Positions 8,425-18,877 are shown, counted from the first letter of the stretch. The stretch: DNA of 64,000 nt from an uncultured virus (IMG/VR IMGVR_UViG_3300025141_014349) (IMGVR_UViG_3300025141_014349); one strand, 5' to 3'. Program-made: numbers and translations. The notes: generated by a model not told the origin, from the sequence alone.

Positions 8425-9750
8425 ATGAGAAAAATTACATATGTGCTAGACACTAGTGTATATTTACATGACGCAAATTCTATCTATCATTTCGGTCAAA
8501 ACGATATTGTAGTCCCTCTTAAGGTTCTAGAAGAAATAGATAAGCACAAAAAAAGACAAGATAGTGTGGGATCTAATGCTCGGAAGATTATTAGAATTTT
8601 GGATTCTTTACGAGTTGGCGGCAAAAAAAGTCTTAAACTAGGGACAAGGATTAGAAAGGGAAAAGGGAATCTCTTTGCACGCACAGTCAGCGATATCGGA
8701 AAACTTCCCCCAGATTTAGATCCTAAAGTTCCTGATCATATTATAATTGCCACCGCTCTTCATTTATCCGGAGAAGGAAAGAATGTCGTATTGGTGTCGC
8801 GAGATATCAACATGCGCGTTATATGTAACGCCTTGGGAGTGATTTCCAAAGACTATAGTCCCGAAAGAATAGTCGAGGACCGAACAGAACTATATGAAGG
8901 TTGCCGTGATATTTTAGTAGATCAGCAAGATATCGATTTGTTTTATCGGGGTGAGGATTTAGTATTGCAGGAGAGCGTAAGTCAAAATATTCATCCCAAT
9001 GAGTTTTTGATGCTTATATCTAATTCTAATAAAACCACCACAGCACTGGCGCGGTTCGAAGATCAAGGTAAACCGCTGAAAAAGATTAAGCAATATAAAA
9101 ATGGCGGTGGGAGTATATGGGGAATCAGCCCAAAGAATAAAGAGCAAAATTATGCCATGGATTTGTTGATGGACCCCAACATCCCAGTTGTAACTCTGGT
9201 GGGAAAGGCAGGATGCGGTAAAACGCTATTAGCAGTTGCTACCGGATTGCAGCAAGTGTTGCAAGAAACTACATACAGTAAAATGATTATATCGCGCCCG
9301 GTCCAACCCATGGGACGAGATTTGGGTTATTTGCCAGGAACGATTGAAGAGAAGATGACCCCATGGTTGGCACCCATCAAAGATAACCTGGAATTTTTAA
9401 TGGCGAGCGATAAAGAAAATTTAAAAATGCAAGTAGATAGTGGTAAAATACAGATTGAAGCGCTGACATATATCAGGGGTCGATCCATATCTAACGCATT
9501 TATTATTATTGATGAATCACAAAATTTGACTTATCATGAGTTGAAGACTATAATTACTAGAGTTGGTGAGGGAACTAAGATTATTCTAACTGGTGATATC
9601 GAGCAAATTGACAACGCTTATATAGATGAAACATCTAATGGGCTGACATACGCAGTGGAGAAGTTTAAAAATCATCTTCTTGCGGGACATGTGACGTTGT
9701 TGCGAGGGGAAAGATCCGCCGTAGCAACGTTAGCATCAAAAATTTTATAA
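8425..9750 (+). CDS. phoH: PIN-PhoH (PhoH2/YlaK-like) protein
   Basis: VLDTSV PIN motif; GKAGCGKT Walker A; YIRGRS, IIDESQN, LTGDIEQID. Confidence 0.95.
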   Translation: MRKITYVLDTSVYLHDANSIYHFGQNDIVVPLKVLEEIDKHKKRQDSVGSNARKIIRILDSLRVGGKKSLKLGTRIRKGKGNLFARTVSDIGKLPPDLDPKVPDHIIIATALHLSGEGKNVVLVSRDINMRVICNALGVISKDYSPERIVEDRTELYEGCRDILVDQQDIDLFYRGEDLVLQESVSQNIHPNEFLMLISNSNKTTTALARFEDQGKPLKKIKQYKNGGGSIWGISPKNKEQNYAMDLLMDPNIPVVTLVGKAGCGKTLLAVATGLQQVLQETTYSKMIISRPVQPMGRDLGYLPGTIEEKMTPWLAPIKDNLEFLMASDKENLKMQVDSGKIQIEALTYIRGRSISNAFIIIDESQNLTYHELKTIITRVGEGTKIILTGDIEQIDNAYIDETSNGLTYAVEKFKNHLLAGHVTLLRGERSAVATLASKIL

Positions 9751-9761
9751 AGGAGAAAAAA

Positions 9762-10106
9762 ATGTCTGAAGTCATAAATGAAAAAGAGATCGTCATAGAC
9801 GAAAAGGAAATTGATGAAGCACAACAGGTGATTCAAGCAACAGAGGGTCCACTTAAGCAAATGCTGGTGGAATATGTAGGAGGAGTGTTGGAACCGGAGG
9901 ATGGGCAGGTAACTGTTGAAATGATTGTCCAAGCAATGGCGTCTGAATTTCCCGAGTTTTTGTTCGTTATTGCCAAAGAAAATTGGATGCGTGGATACGA
10001 ACAAGCGCTAACCGATGTAGAAAACGTCGAAAAGGAAAGGGCACAAGGGGTCACGACCGAGAAACCAGAATCCGAAGGGGAAGACGACAGCGCATTCGCT
10101 GGTTAG
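9762..10106 (+). CDS. Hypothetical acidic protein
   Basis: ORF with AAGGAG SD. Confidence 0.7.
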   Translation: MSEVINEKEIVIDEKEIDEAQQVIQATEGPLKQMLVEYVGGVLEPEDGQVTVEMIVQAMASEFPEFLFVIAKENWMRGYEQALTDVENVEKERAQGVTTEKPESEGEDDSAFAG

Positions 10107-10112
10107 AAAATA

Positions 10113-10790
10113 ATGTACATACAGAACTCCCACGATAGAATGAAATCTCAATATTTTTTGTGGGAGGGAAAGATTAATGTATATAACTCTAAAAATCTTC
10201 CAGAAGAGATAGATATTGAAAAAATATTACTTACTATAGGAAGTAAACTTCCTTCTCATCTTTTGAAAAATATTGAATCTATCTTTATTGGAGAATTCGA
10301 GCATATGCGCGAGAAAGAAGTTGATGCCCTATTCCAGGATGGAGCGATTTATATATATCCTGATTATGTGCGCACCGCTAACGATTTGAGAGATGATATA
10401 GTTCATGAAATAGCGCATTCTTTGGAAGAGGCATATTCTGTTGATATCTATGGTGATGGTCAAATTGAAAGAGAGTTTCTTATCAAAAGATTACAACTCT
10501 TCAATTCTTTGAAGGAGGAAGAAATCCCCTTTCTCTCTCGGGATTTCTTTTTAGATACTGATTATTCACAAAAATTTGATAGTTATCTTTATAAAGTGGT
10601 GGGATACCCTCTCTTGGCGACGCTGACATCTAATATATTTGTCTCACCCTATGGCGCCACATCCTTGAGGGAATATTTCGCCAACGGGTTTGAAAACTAT
10701 TATATGGGTAATCCAGGGGACGTTAAGGATATATCTCCTACTATTTATAAAAAGGTAAAAGAATTGTCCGAATTAACAGAGGAGTTTTAG
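10113..10790 (+). CDS. Zincin metallopeptidase-like protein
   Basis: HEIAH plus 'PYGATSLREYFA'. Confidence 0.65.
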   Translation: MYIQNSHDRMKSQYFLWEGKINVYNSKNLPEEIDIEKILLTIGSKLPSHLLKNIESIFIGEFEHMREKEVDALFQDGAIYIYPDYVRTANDLRDDIVHEIAHSLEEAYSVDIYGDGQIEREFLIKRLQLFNSLKEEEIPFLSRDFFLDTDYSQKFDSYLYKVVGYPLLATLTSNIFVSPYGATSLREYFANGFENYYMGNPGDVKDISPTIYKKVKELSELTEEF

Positions 10791-10792
10791 AT

Positions 10793-11245
10793 ATGGCAAA
10801 AATTGAAATTAAAGAAGGCAAAGATACTGTTTCCGTCCAAGTATCAGTTCCGGCATTGCCTCCTAAGGCGAAAGACGCAAAAGAGTTGAAAGAATCTCTA
10901 ACTCGACAGCAGGTGTGCGACCACATAAAGGCAAAGGGCATCAAAATTGGTGCACTAGTATCTGGTCCCCACAGTGTAAGTAATTTATCTGGTCGCTCTC
11001 AAACGGGAACTTTTGTGTTCAAGAGGGAAATGCCTCCTGCGACTAAAAAAGTCTTGACACCGGAGACTAAGCATGTTATAATACCTGAAGCGACGCGCTC
11101 GTGGGTAGAACCAATGCTGGGAGATAAACATCCACCCGCGTCGCCTCCCGCTTCTGAAGCAGGGGAAGAAATTAGCAAACCTCCGAGGAGGAGGAGAAAG
11201 CGAGTCTCGCGTGCATCAAAAACAACAAACTCAACAACCAGTTGA
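10793..11245 (+). CDS. Hypothetical protein with basic C-terminus
   Basis: ORF with AGGAG SD. Confidence 0.65.
   Translation: MAKIEIKEGKDTVSVQVSVPALPPKAKDAKELKESLTRQQVCDHIKAKGIKIGALVSGPHSVSNLSGRSQTGTFVFKREMPPATKKVLTPETKHVIIPEATRSWVEPMLGDKHPPASPPASEAGEEISKPPRRRRKRVSRASKTTNSTTS
11054..11082 (+). promoter_or_regulatory. Perfect consensus sigma70 promoter inside a CDS
   Basis: TTGACA-17 bp-TATAAT with TG extension. Confidence 0.85.
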
Positions 11246-12032
11246 GTATGTATCTTTCAGTGGCATAAAAGATTGGCAAACGTGCCCCACTTATTATAAA
11301 ATAACGCGCATTGATAAAGCGTACAAGTTTCAAGGAAATATACATACAGCATTTGGAACAGCAATGCATTGGGTCCTCGAACATATGATTTTAGATCGAG
11401 AGAGTATGAATCGATCTCGTCTGATTGCCGAATCCAAAAGAATGTTCCAGAGTGCGTTTTCACGAGAACTAAAGAAACTAAAATCACATCCGCCAGAAAA
11501 AGAAATAGAAAAGATGCGATCTGAATCAGATCCCATTATCGATCAGGTCCTGCTCGCTGTAGAAACTAATTTTGGAAAAGATTTTGAACTGATTTCTACT
11601 GAAGAACAAATAGATATTTTGATTGATGAATATAAGTTATCGGATTATGATTTTAGGGGAATCGTCGATTTAACTATTCGCACAAAAGATGGCAAATATC
11701 ATGTAATCGACTGGAAGACGTGCTCGTGGGGTTGGGATCAGAGAAAGAAATCAGATCCAATGGTAACTTATCAATTAACATATTATAAGCATTTTTTAGC
11801 GAAAAAGCATCAAATTGATTTAAATAATATAGAAACATATTTTATACTGCTAAAGAGAATAGCAAAAAAAGACCATGTAGAAATTGTTAGGATTTCTAGC
11901 GGCGACCAAAAAAGATCAAACGCACTGAAGTTGTTAGAGAATGCGGTTTATAATATTGATCATGGAAATTTTATAAAAAATAAGGCATCATGCCAAAGGT
12001 GCCCGGTTTGGAAAACTTTATGCGAAGGTTAG
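11211..12032 (+). CDS. PD-(D/E)XK exonuclease, Cas4/AddB-like with 4-Cys cluster
   Basis: N-terminal CP; GTAMH; GIVD...IDWKT; QLTYY; C-terminal CQRC...LC. Confidence 0.85.
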   Translation: MHQKQQTQQPVEYVSFSGIKDWQTCPTYYKITRIDKAYKFQGNIHTAFGTAMHWVLEHMILDRESMNRSRLIAESKRMFQSAFSRELKKLKSHPPEKEIEKMRSESDPIIDQVLLAVETNFGKDFELISTEEQIDILIDEYKLSDYDFRGIVDLTIRTKDGKYHVIDWKTCSWGWDQRKKSDPMVTYQLTYYKHFLAKKHQIDLNNIETYFILLKRIAKKDHVEIVRISSGDQKRSNALKLLENAVYNIDHGNFIKNKASCQRCPVWKTLCEG

Positions 12033-12033
12033 T

Positions 12034-13287
12034 ATGAGTGATAAAAAAATAAAGATTCTTACAATAAGTGATCACCCCCTCTCTCCATCTGGAGTGGGAA
12101 GTCAAACTAAATATATTTTAGAACACTTGCTATCTACGGGTAAATATTCTTTTATCTCTCTTGCGGGTGCCGTGAAACACGAAGACTATAAGCCGCAGAA
12201 GACTAAAGAATGGGAAGATGATTGGATTATCTTTCCCGTCGATGGATATGGGGATCAAAATATGATTCGCTCCATCATCAGGGCTCATAAACCTGACATG
12301 CTATGGTTTATGACGGATCCTAGATTTTTTGGATGGTTATGGGATATTGAGGATGAAATAAGGGCGCACATTCCGATGGTTTATTATCATGTGTGGGATA
12401 ATAGACCATATCCCACATTCAACAAACCCCTATACGATAGTAATGATGTAATTTGTACTATATCTAAGGTGACTGATGATATTGTGAAAACCGTTTCGCC
12501 ATCTGTAGAAAGGCACTATATTCCTCATATTGTTGAACCCAACATTTTTAAGAAAATAGTAGGCGACAAGGTGGAAGAGGTTCGCAAGCAGTCTAATCTG
12601 GGTGACAAATTTACGATTTTTTGGAATAGCAGGAACGCCCGCCGGAAGTTGTCGGGAAGTTTAATATTTTGGTTCAACGATTTCCTAAATATAGTAGGGC
12701 GGGATAAGGCAACACTTCTAATGCATACAGATCCCAAAGACCAACACGGTCAAGATTTAGAGGCGATTATCAAAGAATTAGATTTGACAAAGGGTCAAGT
12801 TTTATTTTCTTTGCGCCGAACTCCTCCTGAAGAGTTGTGTATGATGTATAATATGGCGGATGTGACATGCGGTATTTCGGACGCGGAAGGGTTTGGGTTA
12901 TCAACATTTGAATCCTTGTCCTGCGAAACTCCCATAGTTGTTACTATGACCGGAGGACTTCAAGAGCAAGTCACTGATGGCGAAGATTGGTTCGGAGTAG
13001 GCATTGAGCCGGTCGCGAAGACAATTGTAGGGTCTCAGCAGGTTCCTTTTATTTATGAAGACCGCATTGCTGGCACTGACTTTGTGGATGCTCTAGTGAA
13101 GATGTATGAGATGAGTCCGGAAGAGAGAGCGATGATGGGTCAAAAAGGACGACAGCATATACATAAAAATTATAATTTTGAAAAGACTCTAAAAAGGTGG
13201 GATCAGTTATTGACTGGAATTCATCAAGAACATGGTTCATGGAAGAGTCGTAAACGATATAAAAGGTGGGAAGTTATTCCGTTTTAG
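12034..13287 (+). CDS. Glycosyltransferase family 4 (GT-B)
   Basis: NSRNARRK; EGFGLSTFESLSC; GGLQE. Confidence 0.9.
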   Translation: MSDKKIKILTISDHPLSPSGVGSQTKYILEHLLSTGKYSFISLAGAVKHEDYKPQKTKEWEDDWIIFPVDGYGDQNMIRSIIRAHKPDMLWFMTDPRFFGWLWDIEDEIRAHIPMVYYHVWDNRPYPTFNKPLYDSNDVICTISKVTDDIVKTVSPSVERHYIPHIVEPNIFKKIVGDKVEEVRKQSNLGDKFTIFWNSRNARRKLSGSLIFWFNDFLNIVGRDKATLLMHTDPKDQHGQDLEAIIKELDLTKGQVLFSLRRTPPEELCMMYNMADVTCGISDAEGFGLSTFESLSCETPIVVTMTGGLQEQVTDGEDWFGVGIEPVAKTIVGSQQVPFIYEDRIAGTDFVDALVKMYEMSPEERAMMGQKGRQHIHKNYNFEKTLKRWDQLLTGIHQEHGSWKSRKRYKRWEVIPF

Positions 13288-13301
13288 GGAGCGAGTTGCA
13301 T

Positions 13302-15290
13302 ATGAAAAAGAAGGTATTTGTGAGGGGACCTGCTCTTACTGCAAGCGGGTACGGGGAACACGCCAGGCTTATTTTACGAGCTTTGCGCGCCCATGAAGAG
13401 AATTTTGATATTTTTTTAGAAAGTATAAATTGGGGACAAACTGGGTATCTCATTGAGGACAATGAAGAGAGAAAATGGTTAGACCATCTCTGCATAAAGA
13501 CTCAAAGTTACAAGACTAGCGGTGGAACATATGATGTCGCCGTCCAGATAACGATCCCAAATGAATGGCAAAATATCGCCCCCGTGAATATAGGAGTAAC
13601 TGCTGGTATAGAGACCACCAAGATATCCCCCCAGTGGGTAGAAAAGTGTCAAGTTGTTGATAAGATTATTGTTCCTTCGAACCATGCGCGGTATGCATTC
13701 GATCACACTTCCTATAAATTAAAAAATGAGCAAACTGGCGACGAGATGGATTTTATAAATCGCACTCCTATCGAGGTAGTTCATTACCCGGTTAAGAATA
13801 CTATACCGGAATCAATTCCTCTCGAACTCGCTCATGATTTCAATTTCTTGGCGGTTGCTCAGTGGGGCGTTAGAAAAAATTTAGAAAATACCATAAGATG
13901 GTTTGTGGGCGAGTTCAGACACGAAGAAATTGGGTTGGTAGTGAAAGCGAGCACACGAAAAAATAGTATAGGAGATCGCCAACAGTGTCAGAGTCGCCTA
14001 GAAGATCTTTTAGCAGACTTTCCTGATCGGAAATGTAAAGTTTATTTGGTGCATGGGAACATGACGGAAGAAGAGATGGGTGGACTTTACACGCATCCTA
14101 AAATAAAAGCAATCGTGTCTGCTACGCACGGGGAAGGGTTTGGACTTCCTCTCTTTGAAGCAGTATATAATGAGTTGCCGGTGATAGCGCCCAACTGGGG
14201 CGGACATATAGACTTCCTATACGCCCCCAAGAAGGACAAGAAGGGCAAAACGAGAAGCAGGGCACACTTCACTAAGGTTGATTATAATATCGCTCCTATC
14301 CAATCTCAGGCGGTCTGGGAGGGTGTTCTACAGAAGGATAGTCAATGGTGTTTTCCTAAAGAGAATTCCTTCCGGAATGCTTTGCGGGAAGTATATAAAA
14401 ATTATGGGGTGCACAAGTCAGAATCGAAAAAGTTGGCCAAACACATAAAGGAAACTTTTACGCTTAGGGATACTTACAAAAAGATTGTTAGTGTTATTTC
14501 TGGAGAAGAGATAGCGGAATTTGACATGGATGATATTCCTAAAATTTCTATTATAACTTCCATGTATAAAGGTGACGACTTTATCGAACCTTTCCTAGAA
14601 GATATAACTCAACAGACTATTTTTAAAGATAAGTGCGAATTGATTATTGTCGATGCCAATTCTCCTGGAAATGAAAAGGAAAAAATAGATAAATATTTGG
14701 AGAAATATCCGGAAAATATTAAATATTATAGATTAGGAAAAGATCCTGGGATTTACGGTACGTGGAATTGGGCAATAGAAAGATCTACGGGAGAGTTCAT
14801 CACTAACGCCAATCTGGATGATAGAAAATCTATTCTGTCATTAGAGAAGCATGCCAAAGAGTTGGTACTAAATCCGGATGTGGATTTGGTATATGCTGAT
14901 TCCTTCATTACTCATCAACCCAACGAGACATTTGATAAGAACTCTTCCGGGGGCAAGAAGTATAATTTTGAACACTTCTCTAAAGAGGCAATGTTGCGCG
15001 GAAATCAAGCGCACAATAATCCGATGTGGCGAAAATCCGCCCACGCAGACCATGGTCTGTTCAACGATAAGTACAAATCCGCCGGCGACTGGGAATTTTT
15101 CCTTCGCTGTGCTTTCGGCGGATCTCAATTTAAGAAAATTGATACGGCATTGGGGTTGTATTATTTTAACCCTCAAGGAATTTCTACGAACATAGAAAAT
15201 GACTCTTGGAAACGTGAAGAAGAAAAAGAAATTTATATGAAATATAAGAAACTTGCCGAAGAGGAAAAGAAGGGAGGAATCATTTTATGA
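13302..15290 (+). CDS. GT4 + GT2 glycosyltransferase fusion
   Basis: SGYG; GEGFGLPLFEA; then PKISIITS...IIVDANS...NANLDD...AGDWEF. Confidence 0.9.
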   Translation: MKKKVFVRGPALTASGYGEHARLILRALRAHEENFDIFLESINWGQTGYLIEDNEERKWLDHLCIKTQSYKTSGGTYDVAVQITIPNEWQNIAPVNIGVTAGIETTKISPQWVEKCQVVDKIIVPSNHARYAFDHTSYKLKNEQTGDEMDFINRTPIEVVHYPVKNTIPESIPLELAHDFNFLAVAQWGVRKNLENTIRWFVGEFRHEEIGLVVKASTRKNSIGDRQQCQSRLEDLLADFPDRKCKVYLVHGNMTEEEMGGLYTHPKIKAIVSATHGEGFGLPLFEAVYNELPVIAPNWGGHIDFLYAPKKDKKGKTRSRAHFTKVDYNIAPIQSQAVWEGVLQKDSQWCFPKENSFRNALREVYKNYGVHKSESKKLAKHIKETFTLRDTYKKIVSVISGEEIAEFDMDDIPKISIITSMYKGDDFIEPFLEDITQQTIFKDKCELIIVDANSPGNEKEKIDKYLEKYPENIKYYRLGKDPGIYGTWNWAIERSTGEFITNANLDDRKSILSLEKHAKELVLNPDVDLVYADSFITHQPNETFDKNSSGGKKYNFEHFSKEAMLRGNQAHNNPMWRKSAHADHGLFNDKYKSAGDWEFFLRCAFGGSQFKKIDTALGLYYFNPQGISTNIENDSWKREEEKEIYMKYKKLAEEEKKGGIIL

Positions 15291-16099
15291 TTTTGCCTGT
15301 CTCATCTGTCGTTACGAAAAAGACAATTACTGAATTTGATTTGCTAAAAGCGAGTCTCGAAGAATTTCACGAGTGTGATTGGATCATATCTTGTGATCAA
15401 TCCGCCTATGACAAATATAATGATCTGTCGAATACTACATGCCTCAATCTGATTGAGAGCGATGATTGTGATCACAACACTGGAACCCCGGAACAAAAGG
15501 ACACTTGGATGAAGGTTATGATGACCAAGTTTGATGTAGTCGACGCGCTGATTGAAAAGCACGGACATGGGTTATTTTTGGATTCTGATATGATTTTTGT
15601 GGGTCCTTTAGAGAAAAAGATTTTATCTGCATTTCAAAATCCCGACATTGATGCATGCGTATGTCAGCATATGACCAACAATTGGCAAGTAGAGGCGAAA
15701 CATGGATTATATAATGCGGGGATGTTTCATGTAAAGAATATAGAATTTATTAATCAGTGGAGGAGTCTTTCTAAAGATTATAAGAAATATGGATTTTATT
15801 ACGAACAGCAACCGCTGGAGTATATTCAAAGAAATTTTGTTTCTCTCAATTTGCCCATCAATTATAATATTGGATGGTGGAGGTTCAACTCCCCTCAAAC
15901 TCAAGCAAGGTTGGCGATGCTCGGAATCCAGGCCGGGACCATTAGGTTTGGCAATGCTCCAGCTGTTAATTTCCACGTTCACACTTCCCGCGAACTTGAG
16001 TATCAAAATTTTGGGCAGTTTTTGGTAGATAGAATAAAAGATTTATTATCTCAAACCGGGAGCGAATCCCACCAGAAGATATTGAAAATGTTGGAGTAA
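15287..16099 (+). CDS. GT-A fold nucleotide-diphospho-sugar transferase
   Basis: LFLDSD (DxD), YNAGM, EQQPL, NYN, NFH. Confidence 0.75.
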   Translation: MILPVSSVVTKKTITEFDLLKASLEEFHECDWIISCDQSAYDKYNDLSNTTCLNLIESDDCDHNTGTPEQKDTWMKVMMTKFDVVDALIEKHGHGLFLDSDMIFVGPLEKKILSAFQNPDIDACVCQHMTNNWQVEAKHGLYNAGMFHVKNIEFINQWRSLSKDYKKYGFYYEQQPLEYIQRNFVSLNLPINYNIGWWRFNSPQTQARLAMLGIQAGTIRFGNAPAVNFHVHTSRELEYQNFGQFLVDRIKDLLSQTGSESHQKILKMLE

Positions 16100-16105
16100 A
16101 TTGTT

Positions 16106-16759
16106 ATGCTATACAAAATGACTGACGGGACTTTTTTTTATCACGTTCCTAAGACCGGCGGAAGGGCATACAAAGCTTTCAATTGTGATAAGGGCAATGG
16201 GAATGCATCATCATCACTCGCTGCGGGTGATGAAAAGTGGGATAGGTGCCCTCATATCCTTGGTTCGCCCCTCACAGAACATCACATAGCGAAACCAAAT
16301 AAAAATCAGCGTATAAGGGTTATTATCAGAGACCCGGTTGATAGGTTTCTAAGCGCCTACTATTTTACGAAACGATGCTCAGTGGGGGGTCCACACAAAA
16401 CGTCTCCTATCATCCGCCAGATTAAAAAATGGAGGCATTGTCCGAACTGGGGTTCCAGTCCTTTTGAGATGGTTACCAAAATTTTGAATCACACCGACGA
16501 TATTGATAAGTTAAATTTTTTTCACTTCAACAGTCAGCATAAATGGCACAGCGATCTCAAACCTAAAAATGTAATTTATATAGATTTTAAGGATTTGAAC
16601 TTTAAAGAAAGATTGGGAAAAGCACCCCGCCGCGCACCTTTACAAAGTGAACACAACCTTTCTCAAATAGTGGATGCCGTAAAAATTCTATATAAAAAAG
16701 ATTATGATTATTTTCAAAATATTTCTCGATTGAAAAGTATAACGGACGCGTGGTTATGA
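16106..16759 (+). CDS. Sulfotransferase (Sulfotransfer_2 / carbohydrate sulfotransferase-like)
   Basis: HVPKTGG 5'-PSB; RDPVDRFLSAY 3'-PB; LYKKDY C-terminal motif. Confidence 0.8.
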   Translation: MLYKMTDGTFFYHVPKTGGRAYKAFNCDKGNGNASSSLAAGDEKWDRCPHILGSPLTEHHIAKPNKNQRIRVIIRDPVDRFLSAYYFTKRCSVGGPHKTSPIIRQIKKWRHCPNWGSSPFEMVTKILNHTDDIDKLNFFHFNSQHKWHSDLKPKNVIYIDFKDLNFKERLGKAPRRAPLQSEHNLSQIVDAVKILYKKDYDYFQNISRLKSITDAWL

Positions 16760-16786
16760 CAAGCAACGCCGAGAGGGTGAATAGTT

Positions 16787-17410
16787 ATGGGGTTTAAATT
16801 ATGTGGAACGCAATATGGTGGATGGATGATCGACCTAGATATGATTCCGGAAGGAAGTCAAGTTATTTCTGCTGGCGTAGGAGAAGATATAAGTTTTGAT
16901 TTGCGTCTTATAGAAGAGCGAAAATGCGAAGTGATAGGAATTGATCCCACTCCAAAGAGTCATACTTTTATAGAAAATCAAAAAAAGTTGGATAATTTTG
17001 AATTAGTAAAAATGGCACTCCATGCTACCGACGGCGAGATCGTTTCGATGTATAAGAACAAGCGTCCCGACCATGTATCCGAGTCTGTACTTCCCGATCA
17101 TCATAGTGTAAATGACTTTGATTCATATTTCGCGGAGACCATAAGTCTTCCAAGTCTGTTTATAAAATATGATAATATTTCTTTGGTTAAGATGGATATC
17201 GAGGGATCCGAGTATGACGTGCTACATAGTTTAGATTCTATTCCAAGCACCGTAAAACAATTTTGCGTGGAATGTCATCATTTCTGTTCTTCTAAAACCA
17301 TTCAGGATACCCACGAGATTATCAAAAAAATGACCACTCTAGGATTTGATAAATTTTTAGAAAAGCCGGGGTCTAAAAAGTTGGCGGAGATAACGTTTTG
17401 GAGAGAATAG
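16787..17410 (+). CDS. FkbM-family methyltransferase
   Basis: YGGW; SAGVGEDISFD; VKMDIEGSEY. Confidence 0.85.
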   Translation: MGFKLCGTQYGGWMIDLDMIPEGSQVISAGVGEDISFDLRLIEERKCEVIGIDPTPKSHTFIENQKKLDNFELVKMALHATDGEIVSMYKNKRPDHVSESVLPDHHSVNDFDSYFAETISLPSLFIKYDNISLVKMDIEGSEYDVLHSLDSIPSTVKQFCVECHHFCSSKTIQDTHEIIKKMTTLGFDKFLEKPGSKKLAEITFWRE

Positions 17411-17411
17411 T

Positions 17412-18218
17412 TTGAATATTATAGAGGTCGAGGATTTTTCGAAAGTGGATGATCCAGTTAAGACAGAAGAGACTTTGCACTTACAATTGACTGCGATGGC
17501 GTCAAGCATCGATACACAATATTCTTATGTATCGATGCCTTTGGCATGGAGTATAAACAAGCGCGGACTTGGGGACACACAGCGTCGCATTGATAGCATA
17601 TGCCGGCATTCTAAAAAGTTATTTTTCATTTGTCAACATATTCTAGTAGATCGTTTGAACTTTCATGGAAACTTGGTATTTACTCCGCATGCTACAACGA
17701 TGGACTTTTTCACGCCAATTCCCCATTATAGTTGTAATTATGATTTGAACTTTTCTAAACCTTGGGAAGAGAGGGAATATACTTTTAGTTTTGTAGGATC
17801 CTTTTTGACTCATCCTGTGAGGCGGAGAATTGCTGAATACCTTAGGGGGAGAAAGGATTGTTTAGTAGTAGATACTGGACAATGGCATTTTGAGGGCGCC
17901 CAAGAAAAGCAACAGAATAATTCTAGAAATTATAGTGAAGTCTTGGGTGATACCAAGTACAGTTTGTGCCCTCGTGGAACAGGTCCGTCCACGATTAGGA
18001 TATGGGAATCTATGGCGATGGGCGCTAAACCAATTATCCTCAGTGATCATCTAAAGATGCCCTTGTCCCTCGAATGCGATACACAACTCTGGGAAAGAAC
18101 GCCGGAAAAATTTGATAATTTGGATAAATTTTTCAATAATGAAAAGTATGACAATAAAGAATATTTTCAATTTTTCTCAAATGAGAATCTTTACAAGTCC
18201 GTTACAACTTTGCTGTGA
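17412..18218 (+). CDS. Exostosin-like glycosyltransferase (GT47)
   Basis: FSFVG...R; YSLCPRGTGPSTIRIWESMAMGAKPIILSD. Confidence 0.8.
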   Translation: MNIIEVEDFSKVDDPVKTEETLHLQLTAMASSIDTQYSYVSMPLAWSINKRGLGDTQRRIDSICRHSKKLFFICQHILVDRLNFHGNLVFTPHATTMDFFTPIPHYSCNYDLNFSKPWEEREYTFSFVGSFLTHPVRRRIAEYLRGRKDCLVVDTGQWHFEGAQEKQQNNSRNYSEVLGDTKYSLCPRGTGPSTIRIWESMAMGAKPIILSDHLKMPLSLECDTQLWERTPEKFDNLDKFFNNEKYDNKEYFQFFSNENLYKSVTTLL

Positions 18219-18865
18219 GGAATCGAGATACTTTGATGTCGAAAATGGTAGAAATTAAATATGTAGAGGGACACTTGCTTGTAAATCCTAAAATTGCTCT
18301 TGTAGGATCAAGCGACTTGCTTCTTAAATCTGGATATGGTGTAGAAATAGATATATTTCCGGAGGTGGTACGGTTCAATCGTGCACCCACCATAGGGCAT
18401 GAGCACGATGTGGGATCGAAGACAACCATTCGTGTTGCGAACAACCACGTATTTGATGGGGTGAAGTTAGATTCATCTCAATGGCCAAACCAGCCGTCGG
18501 ATTTTATAAAAAACTTACGCAATACTAAAATATGCTATTTAGGACCCGATATGACACCTTGGTTGGATCGCAAGAAAAAAGCACATGATAGTTGTAGTTT
18601 GTTTAGATTCAAATATGAAAAAATGACAGAATTAAAAAAGATATGCGGTTACGATCAAAAGAAAAATTTTAGCGTTGGTACCACCTTTGCTTGTCTTTGT
18701 GTCATATCGGGGGTAGTGCCTCATCTATATGGATTTGATGTAGAGGACAGATATCGTGGGCATTACTTCGAGGCGCGCCCGCCCGCCGGTCCAATCCACA
18801 ATATAATTCAAGAAAAGAATTTACTAAAAAAAATGAATGAGGAAGGTCTCATAATCGTAAAGTAG
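18215..18865 (+). CDS. GT29 sialyltransferase-like protein
   Basis: Sialylmotif L (ALVGSS..LL..GYG.EID....VVRFNRAP...DVGSKTT), S (SVG...HLYGF), III (HYFE), VS (HNIIQE). Confidence 0.85.
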   Translation: MRNRDTLMSKMVEIKYVEGHLLVNPKIALVGSSDLLLKSGYGVEIDIFPEVVRFNRAPTIGHEHDVGSKTTIRVANNHVFDGVKLDSSQWPNQPSDFIKNLRNTKICYLGPDMTPWLDRKKKAHDSCSLFRFKYEKMTELKKICGYDQKKNFSVGTTFACLCVISGVVPHLYGFDVEDRYRGHYFEARPPAGPIHNIIQEKNLLKKMNEEGLIIVK

Positions 18866-18877
18866 TGTAAATTTTTG

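Noticed and set aside
11211..12032. Cas4-like gene as part of a CRISPR-Cas system
   Set aside because: No other cas genes or array; solo Cas4-like nucleases are common in phages
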